In this document: positions 10,230 through 18,201 of the stretch, piece after piece | How positions within the stretch are numbered: position 1 is the first letter of the stretch | Layout of the letters: each line of letters starts with the position of its first letter | The notes under the pieces: model-generated | The model's input: only the letters and a program-made list of their open reading frames with translations | Database searches by the model: none | What the model was told of the DNA's origin: nothing | DNA from: an uncultured Actinomycetes bacterium | GTDB lineage: Bacteria; Actinomycetota; UBA4738; HRBIN12 | DNA length: 64,000 nt | Assembly (NCBI GenBank): GCA_963710985.1 | Contig: CAVQCI010000003.1 | Coordinates: 812,654-876,653, forward strand | Direction of reading: 5' to 3' | Translations under genes and position numbers: made by a program

Positions 10230-10679
10230 ATGAGCGAGTCAGCCAGCGTCCTCCTGCCGAGCGAGGTCTCGAGCACGGTGGGGATCTTCGATCGTTTCGC
10301 CGGCTGGTCGGCCAGGCTCGCCAGCCGGGCGCCGTTCTTCGCGTTCTGCCTCTTGCTGGTCGTCCTCTGGCTGATCCAAGGAGCGGTGCTGGTGCTGACG
10401 GGCGGCGTCCACGCGTTCCTGGACTCCCAGTACCAGCTGGAGATCAACACCACGACGACGATCATCACGTTCCTGATGGTCGCTCTGCTGCAGAACAGCC
10501 AGACGCGGACCGACCAGGCGACGCAGCACAAGCTGAACGCCATCGCCGATGCGCTCGCCGATCTGATGGAACACACGGCGGACGAACGGCAGGATCCCGC
10601 GTTGCACCGCGACCTCGAGGAGCTGCGCGCGGCGGTCGGCCTCGAGAAGAGAGAGAGCACGTCGAGGAACGCGCGATGA
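10230..10679 (+). CDS. Low-affinity iron permease family small membrane protein, tandem paralog
   Basis: ITFLMVALLQNSQTRTDQATQHKLNAIADAL parallels the upstream paralog. Confidence 0.65.
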   Translation: MSESASVLLPSEVSSTVGIFDRFAGWSARLASRAPFFAFCLLLVVLWLIQGAVLVLTGGVHAFLDSQYQLEINTTTTIITFLMVALLQNSQTRTDQATQHKLNAIADALADLMEHTADERQDPALHRDLEELRAAVGLEKRESTSRNAR

Positions 10680-10735
10680 GACGATCGAGCGCGACGGCCT
10701 ATCCTCGAGACAGGAGCGACGAGGAAGGAGACGTC

Positions 10736-11227
10736 ATGGCTGAGCTCCACGAGACACGTATCGACATCCCGGAGGGCACGCGCGGGAAGCTGGTCGACCT
10801 GCTGAACCGCCAGCTCGCCGACACCACGGACCTGTTCACGCAGGTGAAGTACGCGCACTGGAACGTGAAGGGGAGCGATTTCATCCAGCTCCACCTGCTG
10901 TTCGATGACATCGCGACGCACCTGCTCGGGTTCTCCGATCTGATCGCCGAACGGGCCACCGCGCTCGGGGGGACCGCCACCGGTACCGCCCGGCAGGCGG
11001 TGGCGGCGTCCACCCTCCCGGAGTACCCGCAGGATGCGGTGGACGGGATGGCCGCGGTCCGTGCGCTGTCGGACCGGGTCGCCGCGTACGCGGCGAGCAC
11101 GCGTCGCGCGATGGGCGAATCGGACGACCTCGGCGACACGAGCACGAACGATCTGTTCACGGAGGTCTCGCGAGAGGTCGACAAGGATCTCTGGTTCTTG
11201 GAGGCGCACCTGCAGTCGCGCGCCTGA
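10736..11227 (+). CDS. dps: Dps (DNA-binding ferritin-like protein from starved cells)
   Basis: LLNRQLADTTDLFTQVKYAHWNVKGSDFIQLHLLFDDIA..TNDLFTEVSREVDKDLWFLEAHL. Start assigned at internal ATG (MAELHETRI). Confidence 0.9.
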   Translation: MAELHETRIDIPEGTRGKLVDLLNRQLADTTDLFTQVKYAHWNVKGSDFIQLHLLFDDIATHLLGFSDLIAERATALGGTATGTARQAVAASTLPEYPQDAVDGMAAVRALSDRVAAYAASTRRAMGESDDLGDTSTNDLFTEVSREVDKDLWFLEAHLQSRA

Positions 11228-11304
11228 TCGAAGGCCTGCGCACACCTTGACCTGGGCGAACGTGCCCCGGTAGCGTCGTTGCGCGCGGATCGGGAGGGCC
11301 GGCG

Positions 11305-12315
11305 ATGCGGCGTCGAACGAAGACGGGGGTCCTGGCCGCGACGGCGTGCCTGATCGCGTCGCTGTCGGTTCCTGCCGGCTCCGCCTCGACCTCGTCCTTC
11401 GAAGGTGTCCCGCGCTTCGGTCACGTGTTCGTGATCGTCGGGGAGAACACGACCTACTCCCACATCAAGCCGAGCAACATGCCGTACCTGCTCGGCACGC
11501 TGAAGCTTCGGTCCGCATGGATGACCCAGTACCGCGCGACGACCCACTGGTCTCAGGCGAACTACGTCGCGATGACATCGGGGCAGTTCACCAGGTGCGA
11601 GCAGCAGGACTACGGCGTCGCCTGCCATCAGAACGTGCCCAACCTATTCCACCAGATCGACGTGGCGGGCGGGTCGTGGACGACCTGGCTCGAAGGTGGC
11701 ACCGCGCGCTGCGACACGGGTTCGGGAAGCACGTGCGAGCCGCAAGGGCCGTGCCCGCTGACCGGCTTCTTCACGACCGGCAACCCGGCGATCCTCTACG
11801 ACGACATCGAGGGCGCGAACGGGGTCTGGTCCGAGACGGACAAGTCCCAGGAGTGTCTGCAGCACGACATCTACGCGGGCCGGCCGATGGGCATCTTCAA
11901 CAGGGCGCTCGCCGAGGGCACCGTCCCCGACTTCAACTACATCCTGCCCAACGGCTGCGACGACGGCGAGGCCAACTGCAAGCCGGTCAACAACCGCTAC
12001 ACGCAGTTCGACGACTTCCTGGCGAAGGAGATCCCGAAGATCATGGCGTCACCCTCGTTCGGGCGCGACGGGCTCATCATCGTGACCTACGACGAGTCGC
12101 AACGGCAGAACGGGATGGACCCGAAGTATGGGTACGGCCAGGGCGGGCACGTCGCGACGCTCTTCCTCGGTCCTAAGGTTCGGGCGGGCGAGTACCCGGG
12201 GCCGTACAACCACTACGGGCTGCTCCGGACGCTCGAGGACGGCTACCGGTTGAACGGCTACGTCGGCTACGCGAACGCCGTCCCGGCGATCACCACGATC
12301 TGGAAGGCGAGCTGA
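11305..12315 (+). CDS. Secreted phosphoesterase-family protein (PF04185-like acid phosphatase / phospholipase C)
   Basis: Signal peptide. HVFVIVGENTTYSHI..NMPYLLG..WSQANYVAMTSGQ..IVTYDESQ..HYGLLRTLEDGY. RBS GGGAGGG. Confidence 0.8.
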   Translation: MRRRTKTGVLAATACLIASLSVPAGSASTSSFEGVPRFGHVFVIVGENTTYSHIKPSNMPYLLGTLKLRSAWMTQYRATTHWSQANYVAMTSGQFTRCEQQDYGVACHQNVPNLFHQIDVAGGSWTTWLEGGTARCDTGSGSTCEPQGPCPLTGFFTTGNPAILYDDIEGANGVWSETDKSQECLQHDIYAGRPMGIFNRALAEGTVPDFNYILPNGCDDGEANCKPVNNRYTQFDDFLAKEIPKIMASPSFGRDGLIIVTYDESQRQNGMDPKYGYGQGGHVATLFLGPKVRAGEYPGPYNHYGLLRTLEDGYRLNGYVGYANAVPAITTIWKAS

Positions 12316-12334
12316 GGCTCTCCCGAGGGTCCGC

Positions 12335-13165
12335 TCAGCACGGTTGGTGCAGGTGGTAGGTGGCGAAGCGCGCGTGCGCCTGCGCCCACGTGTCGAAGTG
12401 AACGAGGTAGGTCGGCGAGAGGTTCCGCCACTCGGGGTCGTCGGCGCAGTAGATCGTGCTCGCGGTCGGGTAGCGCGACGCGTAGTACCCGCCGGGTGAC
12501 GTGCCGCCCGCGCTGCCCGAGCCGCCCGAGCCACCGCTCGGCGGCGTTCCGACGTAGCGTCGGTAGGCCGCGACCCAGTCCGTGGCCTCCTGATGCTGCG
12601 CGCTCGCGAGCGAGAGCGAGCCCGCGCACACGAGATCGTGGAGCCGGTTCTCCAGGACGTCCTTGGTCCGCGCGCCCCACCGGCCCGCGTAGGGTTCGGG
12701 CCAGAGGTTCCGGATCGAGTTGGAGCCGCCGAGCTCCAGGGAGATCAGGTGGTCGACCTCGTGGCGGTAGGGCACCCACGCGACCCCGTAGCGCGCGTAG
12801 ACGGCGGCCTTCAGCGAGTCGGGGACGTCGCGCACGCTGCTCGCGTATCCGGATCGGCAGACCTGCGCGGTTCCCACCGCGAGGGCGACCCCCGGCGTGA
12901 GGACGGCTCGCGGCACATCGACGGAGGGGACCCCGACCGGGTGCTGGGTCGCGTGATGGTGCGACCCCTGCGTGGGATGGTGAGGCTTCGTCGCGAGGTG
13001 ATGGTGGGTGCCCGAACCCTGTGGGTCGCCCCCGGTCTTGACGGCGACGGGCGCCGATGCGGTCTGCGACGCAGTCAGGGCGGCGACGTGCTGATCCGCC
13101 GTATCCGACACCCCGCACGCGCTCAGGACGAGCGCCACCGCGAGCGAAGCGAGCGATCGGCTCAC
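12335..13165 (-). CDS. Lipoprotein with HNH/His-Me-finger nuclease-like domain
   Basis: Lipobox LVLSAC. His-rich linker. YRHEVDHLISLELGGSNSIRNLWPE HNH-like motif. Confidence 0.6.
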   Translation of the reverse strand: MSRSLASLAVALVLSACGVSDTADQHVAALTASQTASAPVAVKTGGDPQGSGTHHHLATKPHHPTQGSHHHATQHPVGVPSVDVPRAVLTPGVALAVGTAQVCRSGYASSVRDVPDSLKAAVYARYGVAWVPYRHEVDHLISLELGGSNSIRNLWPEPYAGRWGARTKDVLENRLHDLVCAGSLSLASAQHQEATDWVAAYRRYVGTPPSGGSGGSGSAGGTSPGGYYASRYPTASTIYCADDPEWRNLSPTYLVHFDTWAQAHARFATYHLHQPC

Positions 13166-13211
13166 CCGGCTACGGTCACACGCGCCCCTCGGGCGGTCAA
13201 CGAACCGCGAC

Positions 13212-13481
13212 CTACTGCTCGGCGGCTCGCACGTCCTCGGAGACGCCGAGCGAGTGAGAGCCGCCGGCCATCGGAGGGAAGGCCTGTAGCCGATCGCCGT
13301 CGCGGAGCGTCGCGTCGGTCTTCACCGTCGCGCCGTTGAGCACGAAGACGCAGTGGCGCCCCGGCAGGTCGAGCAGGTCCGAGACGGCCTGCACGGTCGC
13401 GCCGTCGGCCACCTCGACCTTCCCCGCGCCGCCGGGCAGATGCTCGGCAAGCGTCCCCTTCAAGCTGACGTGGATCTGCAC
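13212..13481 (-). CDS. ThiS/MoaD-family ubiquitin-like sulfur-carrier protein with 15-aa extension after the Gly-Gly
   Basis: MQIHVSLKG..VQAVSDLLDL..VFVLNGATVKTDATLRDGDRLQAFPPMAGG followed by SHSLGVSEDVRAAEQ-stop. No alternative frame gives a stop right after GG. Confidence 0.7.
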   Translation of the reverse strand: MQIHVSLKGTLAEHLPGGAGKVEVADGATVQAVSDLLDLPGRHCVFVLNGATVKTDATLRDGDRLQAFPPMAGGSHSLGVSEDVRAAEQ

Positions 13482-13494
13482 GACGCCTCGGCGC

Positions 13495-14835
13495 CTACCA
13501 TCCGGCGGCCACGCCGTACTGCGCCTCGACCAGGTGCAGCACCCCGAGCCGCTCCAGGCGGTCCTTCGGCGCCAGCAGGTTGATCTGCACGAAGCCCGGG
13601 AGCCGCCCGATCTCGACGGCGCCGCTGATCGTTGCCCGGTTCTTCACCTCGTCGCCGGTCATCCCCAGGAGCTTCGCGGCCCTCGCGACGCCGTTGTCCA
13701 CCGCCGCGTTGATGAAGGGACCGGACCCCAGCACCTGCAGGGGCAGCACGGGGCCCTCGAGCGAGGTCGCGTGCTGCTGGGCGAGCCGGCGCCCGCGCGC
13801 GACCTCGTCCGCGGTGAACGGTCTCGCCAGGAACGGCAGGTCCTCGACGGGGGGCAGCAGCAGCGGCCCGTCGAGCTCGAGGCCCTTGATGACCTCGACC
13901 CGGACGACGAGCCGAGCGGAGATGTCGGTCGTATGCACGGCGACCTCGCCGTCGCCGATCATCGCGTGCACGTCGCCCGCGTAGATGCCGGCGCCGTCCA
14001 CCTTCACCGGCACGATCACGATCGCGCCCTGCCGGACCGAGTCGATGTCCATGTGCACGTCGGTCCTGAGCTCGAGCTGCTCCTCGGTGACGGCGAACTC
14101 GTGCTCGGCGCCGAGCAGGAACGCGCCGAAGTCGCCGCAGTTGTGCGAGGACGGGAGGTCGATCGCGGGGATCGAGCCGAGGTTGCCGGCGGAGATCCGG
14201 CACCGCGTCATCGTGCCGACGAGGTCGGCCCGACCGAGCGCCACGATCGGGTGCTGGGTCGAGTGCTCCTGGAGCACCACCCACTCGCGGGCCTGCTTCG
14301 CGAGCTCTTCGGCCCGCTCGGCCGAGACGGTGACCCCGATCTGCTTGTCTTCGTCGAAGGCCATCGTGTAGCCCTCGACCATGTGGAACGGGATCACCTC
14401 CGAGTGGCACGCGGAGCACTTGATCGCGCCCTCGCCGGTCCCGTCGAGGTAGGTGTCGGGGTACAGGAAGTGGCGGCCCTCGTCGCGGCACGTCGGGCAG
14501 ATCCGTGCGACGAAGGGGTCGCTGATGAACCGCCCCTCCCAACCCGTGTGGGTGCCGGACGTCGTGGCCCGCGAGAGCTGCTCGAGCGTCTCGACGTGCA
14601 ACGCGACGGCATCCCCGACCTCGGCGCCCTCGACGAGGACCGGCAGCGACACCTCGTGCCCGCTTCGGAGCGACGGCGTGATCATGGGGCCCCAGCAGCC
14701 CGGCACGGTCAGGTACTCGATCCGTCCCCCGTCCTTGACCGGCCCGAGCATCTCGTTGCCCGGTCCGACGAGGTCGGTGTAGCGGTCGACCACGATGTGA
14801 TCGACGGCTTCGGTGGGTGCGGTCTGCATGGCCAT
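13495..14835 (-). CDS. Acetamidase/formamidase (FmdA_AmdA) family amidase with CxxC..CxxC insertion
   Basis: Family motif LPVLVEGAEVGDAVALHVETL. ICPTCRDEG..KCSACHSE zinc-ribbon-like insertion. 446 aa. Same strand as and 13 nt upstream of the ThiS-like gene. Confidence 0.8.
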   Translation of the reverse strand: MAMQTAPTEAVDHIVVDRYTDLVGPGNEMLGPVKDGGRIEYLTVPGCWGPMITPSLRSGHEVSLPVLVEGAEVGDAVALHVETLEQLSRATTSGTHTGWEGRFISDPFVARICPTCRDEGRHFLYPDTYLDGTGEGAIKCSACHSEVIPFHMVEGYTMAFDEDKQIGVTVSAERAEELAKQAREWVVLQEHSTQHPIVALGRADLVGTMTRCRISAGNLGSIPAIDLPSSHNCGDFGAFLLGAEHEFAVTEEQLELRTDVHMDIDSVRQGAIVIVPVKVDGAGIYAGDVHAMIGDGEVAVHTTDISARLVVRVEVIKGLELDGPLLLPPVEDLPFLARPFTADEVARGRRLAQQHATSLEGPVLPLQVLGSGPFINAAVDNGVARAAKLLGMTGDEVKNRATISGAVEIGRLPGFVQINLLAPKDRLERLGVLHLVEAQYGVAAGW

Positions 14836-15089
14836 GACGACCTCCCGTTCGCTCTAACCCGTTCTACACCATCGGCGTACGCCGAGGCAGGGACTCCTCA
14901 CCAGTCGAGCGAGTCGACCCCGTGTGCGAACCGGCGAAACCGCCTCCCGTCGGAGCTGCGCACTACCCAGATGTCGCCACCGTTCGCAGCGAGGCGAGCG
15001 CCCCCCGGCGAGTACCGGGGCTGGTGCAACCCTCCTTCCCGTCGTCGTAGGAGCCGACGGCCCAGATGCAGGGGTTCGGGGCGTTCCGG

Positions 15090-16430
15090 TCAGCCCTCGG
15101 TGGGCCACTCGATCCCTTCCCAGGGGTCGTAGTCGACCTCGAGCGCTTCCTGCACCGGCCGCTCGTCCTCCGGTACGTGCTGCAGGTTCACGCGGATCCG
15201 CGTCCAGGTAGTGCTGCGCCCGCGCATCGAGTCGACCATCACGTCGGGCGGCTCGAGGTAGTGCACCAAGCCGGGGTGGCGCTCCTTCCAGCGCGCGAGA
15301 CCGTCGAGCGCCTCGCGCTCGGTGGCTGCGCGTGCGATCTCGATCAGCGGCATCCGGGTCCGGCGACGGCCGGTCGGTCCGCTCGACTTCCCCGGCGCGG
15401 GCGGCGGCACGATCCCCTCGGACGTGCGGGCCTCCCGGGCTTTCGAAGGCTGGACACGCGGCGGCTCGCCCGGCGCCTTCGCGTATTGGGGCGGCCACGG
15501 TGCGTCGGCGAACCCGGCCTCCTCGTGCTGGTCGGCCAGCGCGAGGAGCGCGTCGAGCGAACCCGCGGCGTCGTCGATCCCGGCCCATGGATCGCCGATC
15601 CGTGCGAACCGGTCGGGCACCGTGGCGATCGTGAACGCCCCCGGGTCGCACCCGGGCACCTCGTCCCACGACAGCGGTGCCGAGACGCGCCCGTCCGGGC
15701 TCGGCCGCACCGAGTAGACCGACGCGACGGTGCGGTCCTTCGCGTTCTGGTTGTAGTCGAGGAAGACGCCGTGGCGCTCCTCCTTCCACCACTTGCTGGT
15801 GGCGAGGTGCGGCTCGCGCCGCTCGACCTCCCGCGCGAGCGCGACGGCCGCGCGCCGGACCTCGGGGAACGTCCACCGGCGCTCGACCCGCGCGTAGACG
15901 TGGATCCCGCGCGACCCCGACGTCTTCGGCCACCCCGTGAGCCCGAAGTCCTCGAGCGCGTCCTTCGCGGCGAGCGCGACCTCGACGATCTGCGGCCAGT
16001 CCACGCCGGGCACCGGGTCGAGGTCGACGCGGAGCTCATCGGGATGGTCGAGGTCCTCGGCGCGGACCGGGTGCGGGTTCAGGTCGATGCAGCCGAGGTT
16101 GATCACCCAGGCGAGCTGCGCCTCGTCGCGGACGACGACCTCGTGCGCGGTGCGGCCCGAGGGGAACTTCAGCTCCACCGTCTCGACCCACTCCGGACGC
16201 GAGGACGGCGCCCGCTTCTGGAAGAAGAACTCACCGTCGGCACCGTTCACGAAGCGCTTGAGCGCCATCGGCCGGCCGCCGACGCCGCCGAGCGCACCCT
16301 CGGCGACGGCCAGGTAGTAACGGACGAGGTCGAGCTTGGTGACGCCCAGGCCCGGGAAGAACACCTTGTCGGGATTGGAGATGGTGACCTCCCGCCCGGC
16401 GAGCTCGAGGACCTCCTTCTTCGTCGCCAT
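15090..16430 (-). CDS. LigD polymerase/primase domain protein (stand-alone NHEJ PolDom) with ~90-aa C-terminal extension
   Basis: VTISNPDKVFFPGLGVTKLDLVRYY..ALKRFVNGADGEFFFQKR..SGSRGIHVYARV..HGVFLDYNQNAKDRTVASVYSVRP. Start at internal ATG (MATKKEV). No ligase, nuclease or Ku gene nearby. Confidence 0.85.
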   Translation of the reverse strand: MATKKEVLELAGREVTISNPDKVFFPGLGVTKLDLVRYYLAVAEGALGGVGGRPMALKRFVNGADGEFFFQKRAPSSRPEWVETVELKFPSGRTAHEVVVRDEAQLAWVINLGCIDLNPHPVRAEDLDHPDELRVDLDPVPGVDWPQIVEVALAAKDALEDFGLTGWPKTSGSRGIHVYARVERRWTFPEVRRAAVALAREVERREPHLATSKWWKEERHGVFLDYNQNAKDRTVASVYSVRPSPDGRVSAPLSWDEVPGCDPGAFTIATVPDRFARIGDPWAGIDDAAGSLDALLALADQHEEAGFADAPWPPQYAKAPGEPPRVQPSKAREARTSEGIVPPPAPGKSSGPTGRRRTRMPLIEIARAATEREALDGLARWKERHPGLVHYLEPPDVMVDSMRGRSTTWTRIRVNLQHVPEDERPVQEALEVDYDPWEGIEWPTEG

Positions 16431-16637
16431 ACCGAGCAACCTACCGGAGCGCCCCGGCTCGGGGGTATCGGGGCGGGCCGACGTCACAAGATGACGGCGT
16501 TGACATGTCCGAGGCACGTTCGAAGTGGTGAGCGAGCGTCGAGCATGACAGTCCTGTCATCACTCTTGCCTCGGACGGACCACGCGTCCATCGTGCGTGC
16601 GCGTAGAGGTCCATGCGCGTTCGCAAAGGGAGGGACG

Positions 16638-17132
16638 ATGGCGCGCTCGGTACGTCCTGGCTTGACGGTTCCCGTAGTACTGGTTGCGTTGGTGATGGTC
16701 GGGTCGGCCTGCTCGAAGTCGTCGGACAACTCGGCGTCCGGGATGACGCCAACCGCGACGATCTTCGTGCAGAACTTCAAGTACAACGGCGTGCCGGCCA
16801 CCGTGAAGTCGGGGGTCGTCTCGTTCTTGTTCGAGAACAAGGAGTCCTTCCCGATCACCCACGAGATGATCCCCGTGGCGATCCCCTCCGGGAAGACGGC
16901 AGACGACATCATCGCCGACGCCCAGGCCAACGGTCCCGACTCCGAGGACAACTACCTGCATATCGGCGGTGACTTCGGCGCCATCGACACCGGGGCGAGC
17001 CTCGTAGAAACCCTGTATCTGCCACCGGGCACCTATGCGTTCGTCTGTTGGCAAACCGGCACGCAGAGCGGCGGCGACAACGGGCCCCCGCATGCCGCCA
17101 AGGGCATGGCCACGCAATTCACGGTGTCCTGA
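16638..17132 (+). CDS. Cupredoxin-like copper-binding lipoprotein
   Basis: RBS AAAGGGAGGGA. Signal VVLVALVMVGSACSK. C-terminal YAFVCWQTG..PPHAAKGM. First gene of the oxidase operon. Confidence 0.7.
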   Translation: MARSVRPGLTVPVVLVALVMVGSACSKSSDNSASGMTPTATIFVQNFKYNGVPATVKSGVVSFLFENKESFPITHEMIPVAIPSGKTADDIIADAQANGPDSEDNYLHIGGDFGAIDTGASLVETLYLPPGTYAFVCWQTGTQSGGDNGPPHAAKGMATQFTVS

Positions 17133-17150
17133 CCGAGAGCTTCGATCCGA

Positions 17151-18185
17151 GTGGAACGTCGACCTCGAATCCCGCGATCCATCGCGGCGACGGTTCCCCT
17201 GCTCGCCGGGCTCCTGACCGGTTGCGCGAAGCAAGGGATCTCGCCGCAGGGCCAGGACGTCCATCAGCTCTTCATCGTGATCATGGTGCTCGCCGCGCCC
17301 GTGTTCATCGGGGTCGAGGCGCTGCTGATCTGGTGCATCGTGCGGTACCGGCGGCGGGACGACGAGCCGGCGCCGCAGACCACGGGTGGCAACCGCTCGC
17401 TCGCGGTGTTCTTCGCGATCCCGGCCGTGATCGTGGCCGCGCTCTTCCCGTTCGGCGAGTCGACGCTGATGGCGATCCAGGAGCCGACGACCCCGCAGGT
17501 GAAGATCAAGGTCGAGGGGTTCCAGTGGGAGTGGACCTTCCTGTACCTGAACGAGGGCATCTTCGTGTCTGGCAAGACCCTCGTGCGGCCGGCGGTCATG
17601 GTCCTACCTGTCGACGAGCCGGTGGAGATCGATCTGACGTCTCGTGACGTGATCCACTCGTTCTTCGTCCCCGACCTGCTCTTCAAGCGCGACGCGATCC
17701 CGGGACGGACGAGCAGCTTCACGTTCACGCCCACGCAGTTGGGCACTTTCCACGCGCAATGCGCGGAATTCTGCGGTCTGTGGCACTCCAAGATGACGTT
17801 CGAAGTCCAGGTCGTCGCCGCCCCGGATTACCAGACGTGGATCGAACAGGAGCGGAAGGCATCGGCAAGCGTGACGTGCGACCCGAACGGGACCTCGCTC
17901 GCGCTCATCGCGCACGACATCTCATGGGACCAGCGGTGCCTGGCTGTCCCGCCGAACACCCCGTTCTCCGTGAGCGTCACGAACCAGGACTCCGGGATCG
18001 AGCACAACTTCTCGATCTACGACAGCTTCTTCGAGAAGAAGACCTATTTCGTTTCACCCAAGCTGAAGGGTCCGGCCAGCGAGACGCTCCAGGTGCAAGG
18101 GCTGCCGCCGGGCACCTACTACTTCCAATGCGACGTGCATGGGCCCGCCATGTCGGGAGCCTTCGTCGTCGCTCCGCCGGGATGA
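17151..18185 (+). CDS. ctaC: Cytochrome c oxidase subunit II (CuA) fused to a C-terminal type-1-copper cupredoxin domain; no haem-c motif
   Basis: Lipobox LLTGC. 2 TM. CuA site HSFFVPD..CAEFCGLWHSKM. Additional C-terminal domain with C-x2-H-x2-M (YFQCDVHGPAMSG). No CxxCH. Confidence 0.9.
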   Translation: MERRPRIPRSIAATVPLLAGLLTGCAKQGISPQGQDVHQLFIVIMVLAAPVFIGVEALLIWCIVRYRRRDDEPAPQTTGGNRSLAVFFAIPAVIVAALFPFGESTLMAIQEPTTPQVKIKVEGFQWEWTFLYLNEGIFVSGKTLVRPAVMVLPVDEPVEIDLTSRDVIHSFFVPDLLFKRDAIPGRTSSFTFTPTQLGTFHAQCAEFCGLWHSKMTFEVQVVAAPDYQTWIEQERKASASVTCDPNGTSLALIAHDISWDQRCLAVPPNTPFSVSVTNQDSGIEHNFSIYDSFFEKKTYFVSPKLKGPASETLQVQGLPPGTYYFQCDVHGPAMSGAFVVAPPG

Positions 18186-18201
18186 GCACGGAGGGCACGA
18201 G

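Noticed and set aside
12311-12341. Short imperfect hairpin GCTGAG..CTCAGC spanning both stop codons of the convergent phosphoesterase and HNH-lipoprotein genes
   Set aside because: Stem is only ~6 bp and imperfect. It lies inside coding sequence ends. Insufficient evidence for a terminator.
13336-15132. 598-aa + strand ORF spanning the ThiS/amidase region
   Set aside because: Antisense to the FmdA-family gene whose family motifs are clear. Low-complexity Arg/Gly/Asp-rich translation.
14854-15933. 359-aa minus-strand ORF and 15344..16039 overlapping the LigD-pol gene
   Set aside because: Alternative frames of the same strand as the LigD-pol gene. Arg-rich garbage. The PolDom frame has diagnostic motifs.
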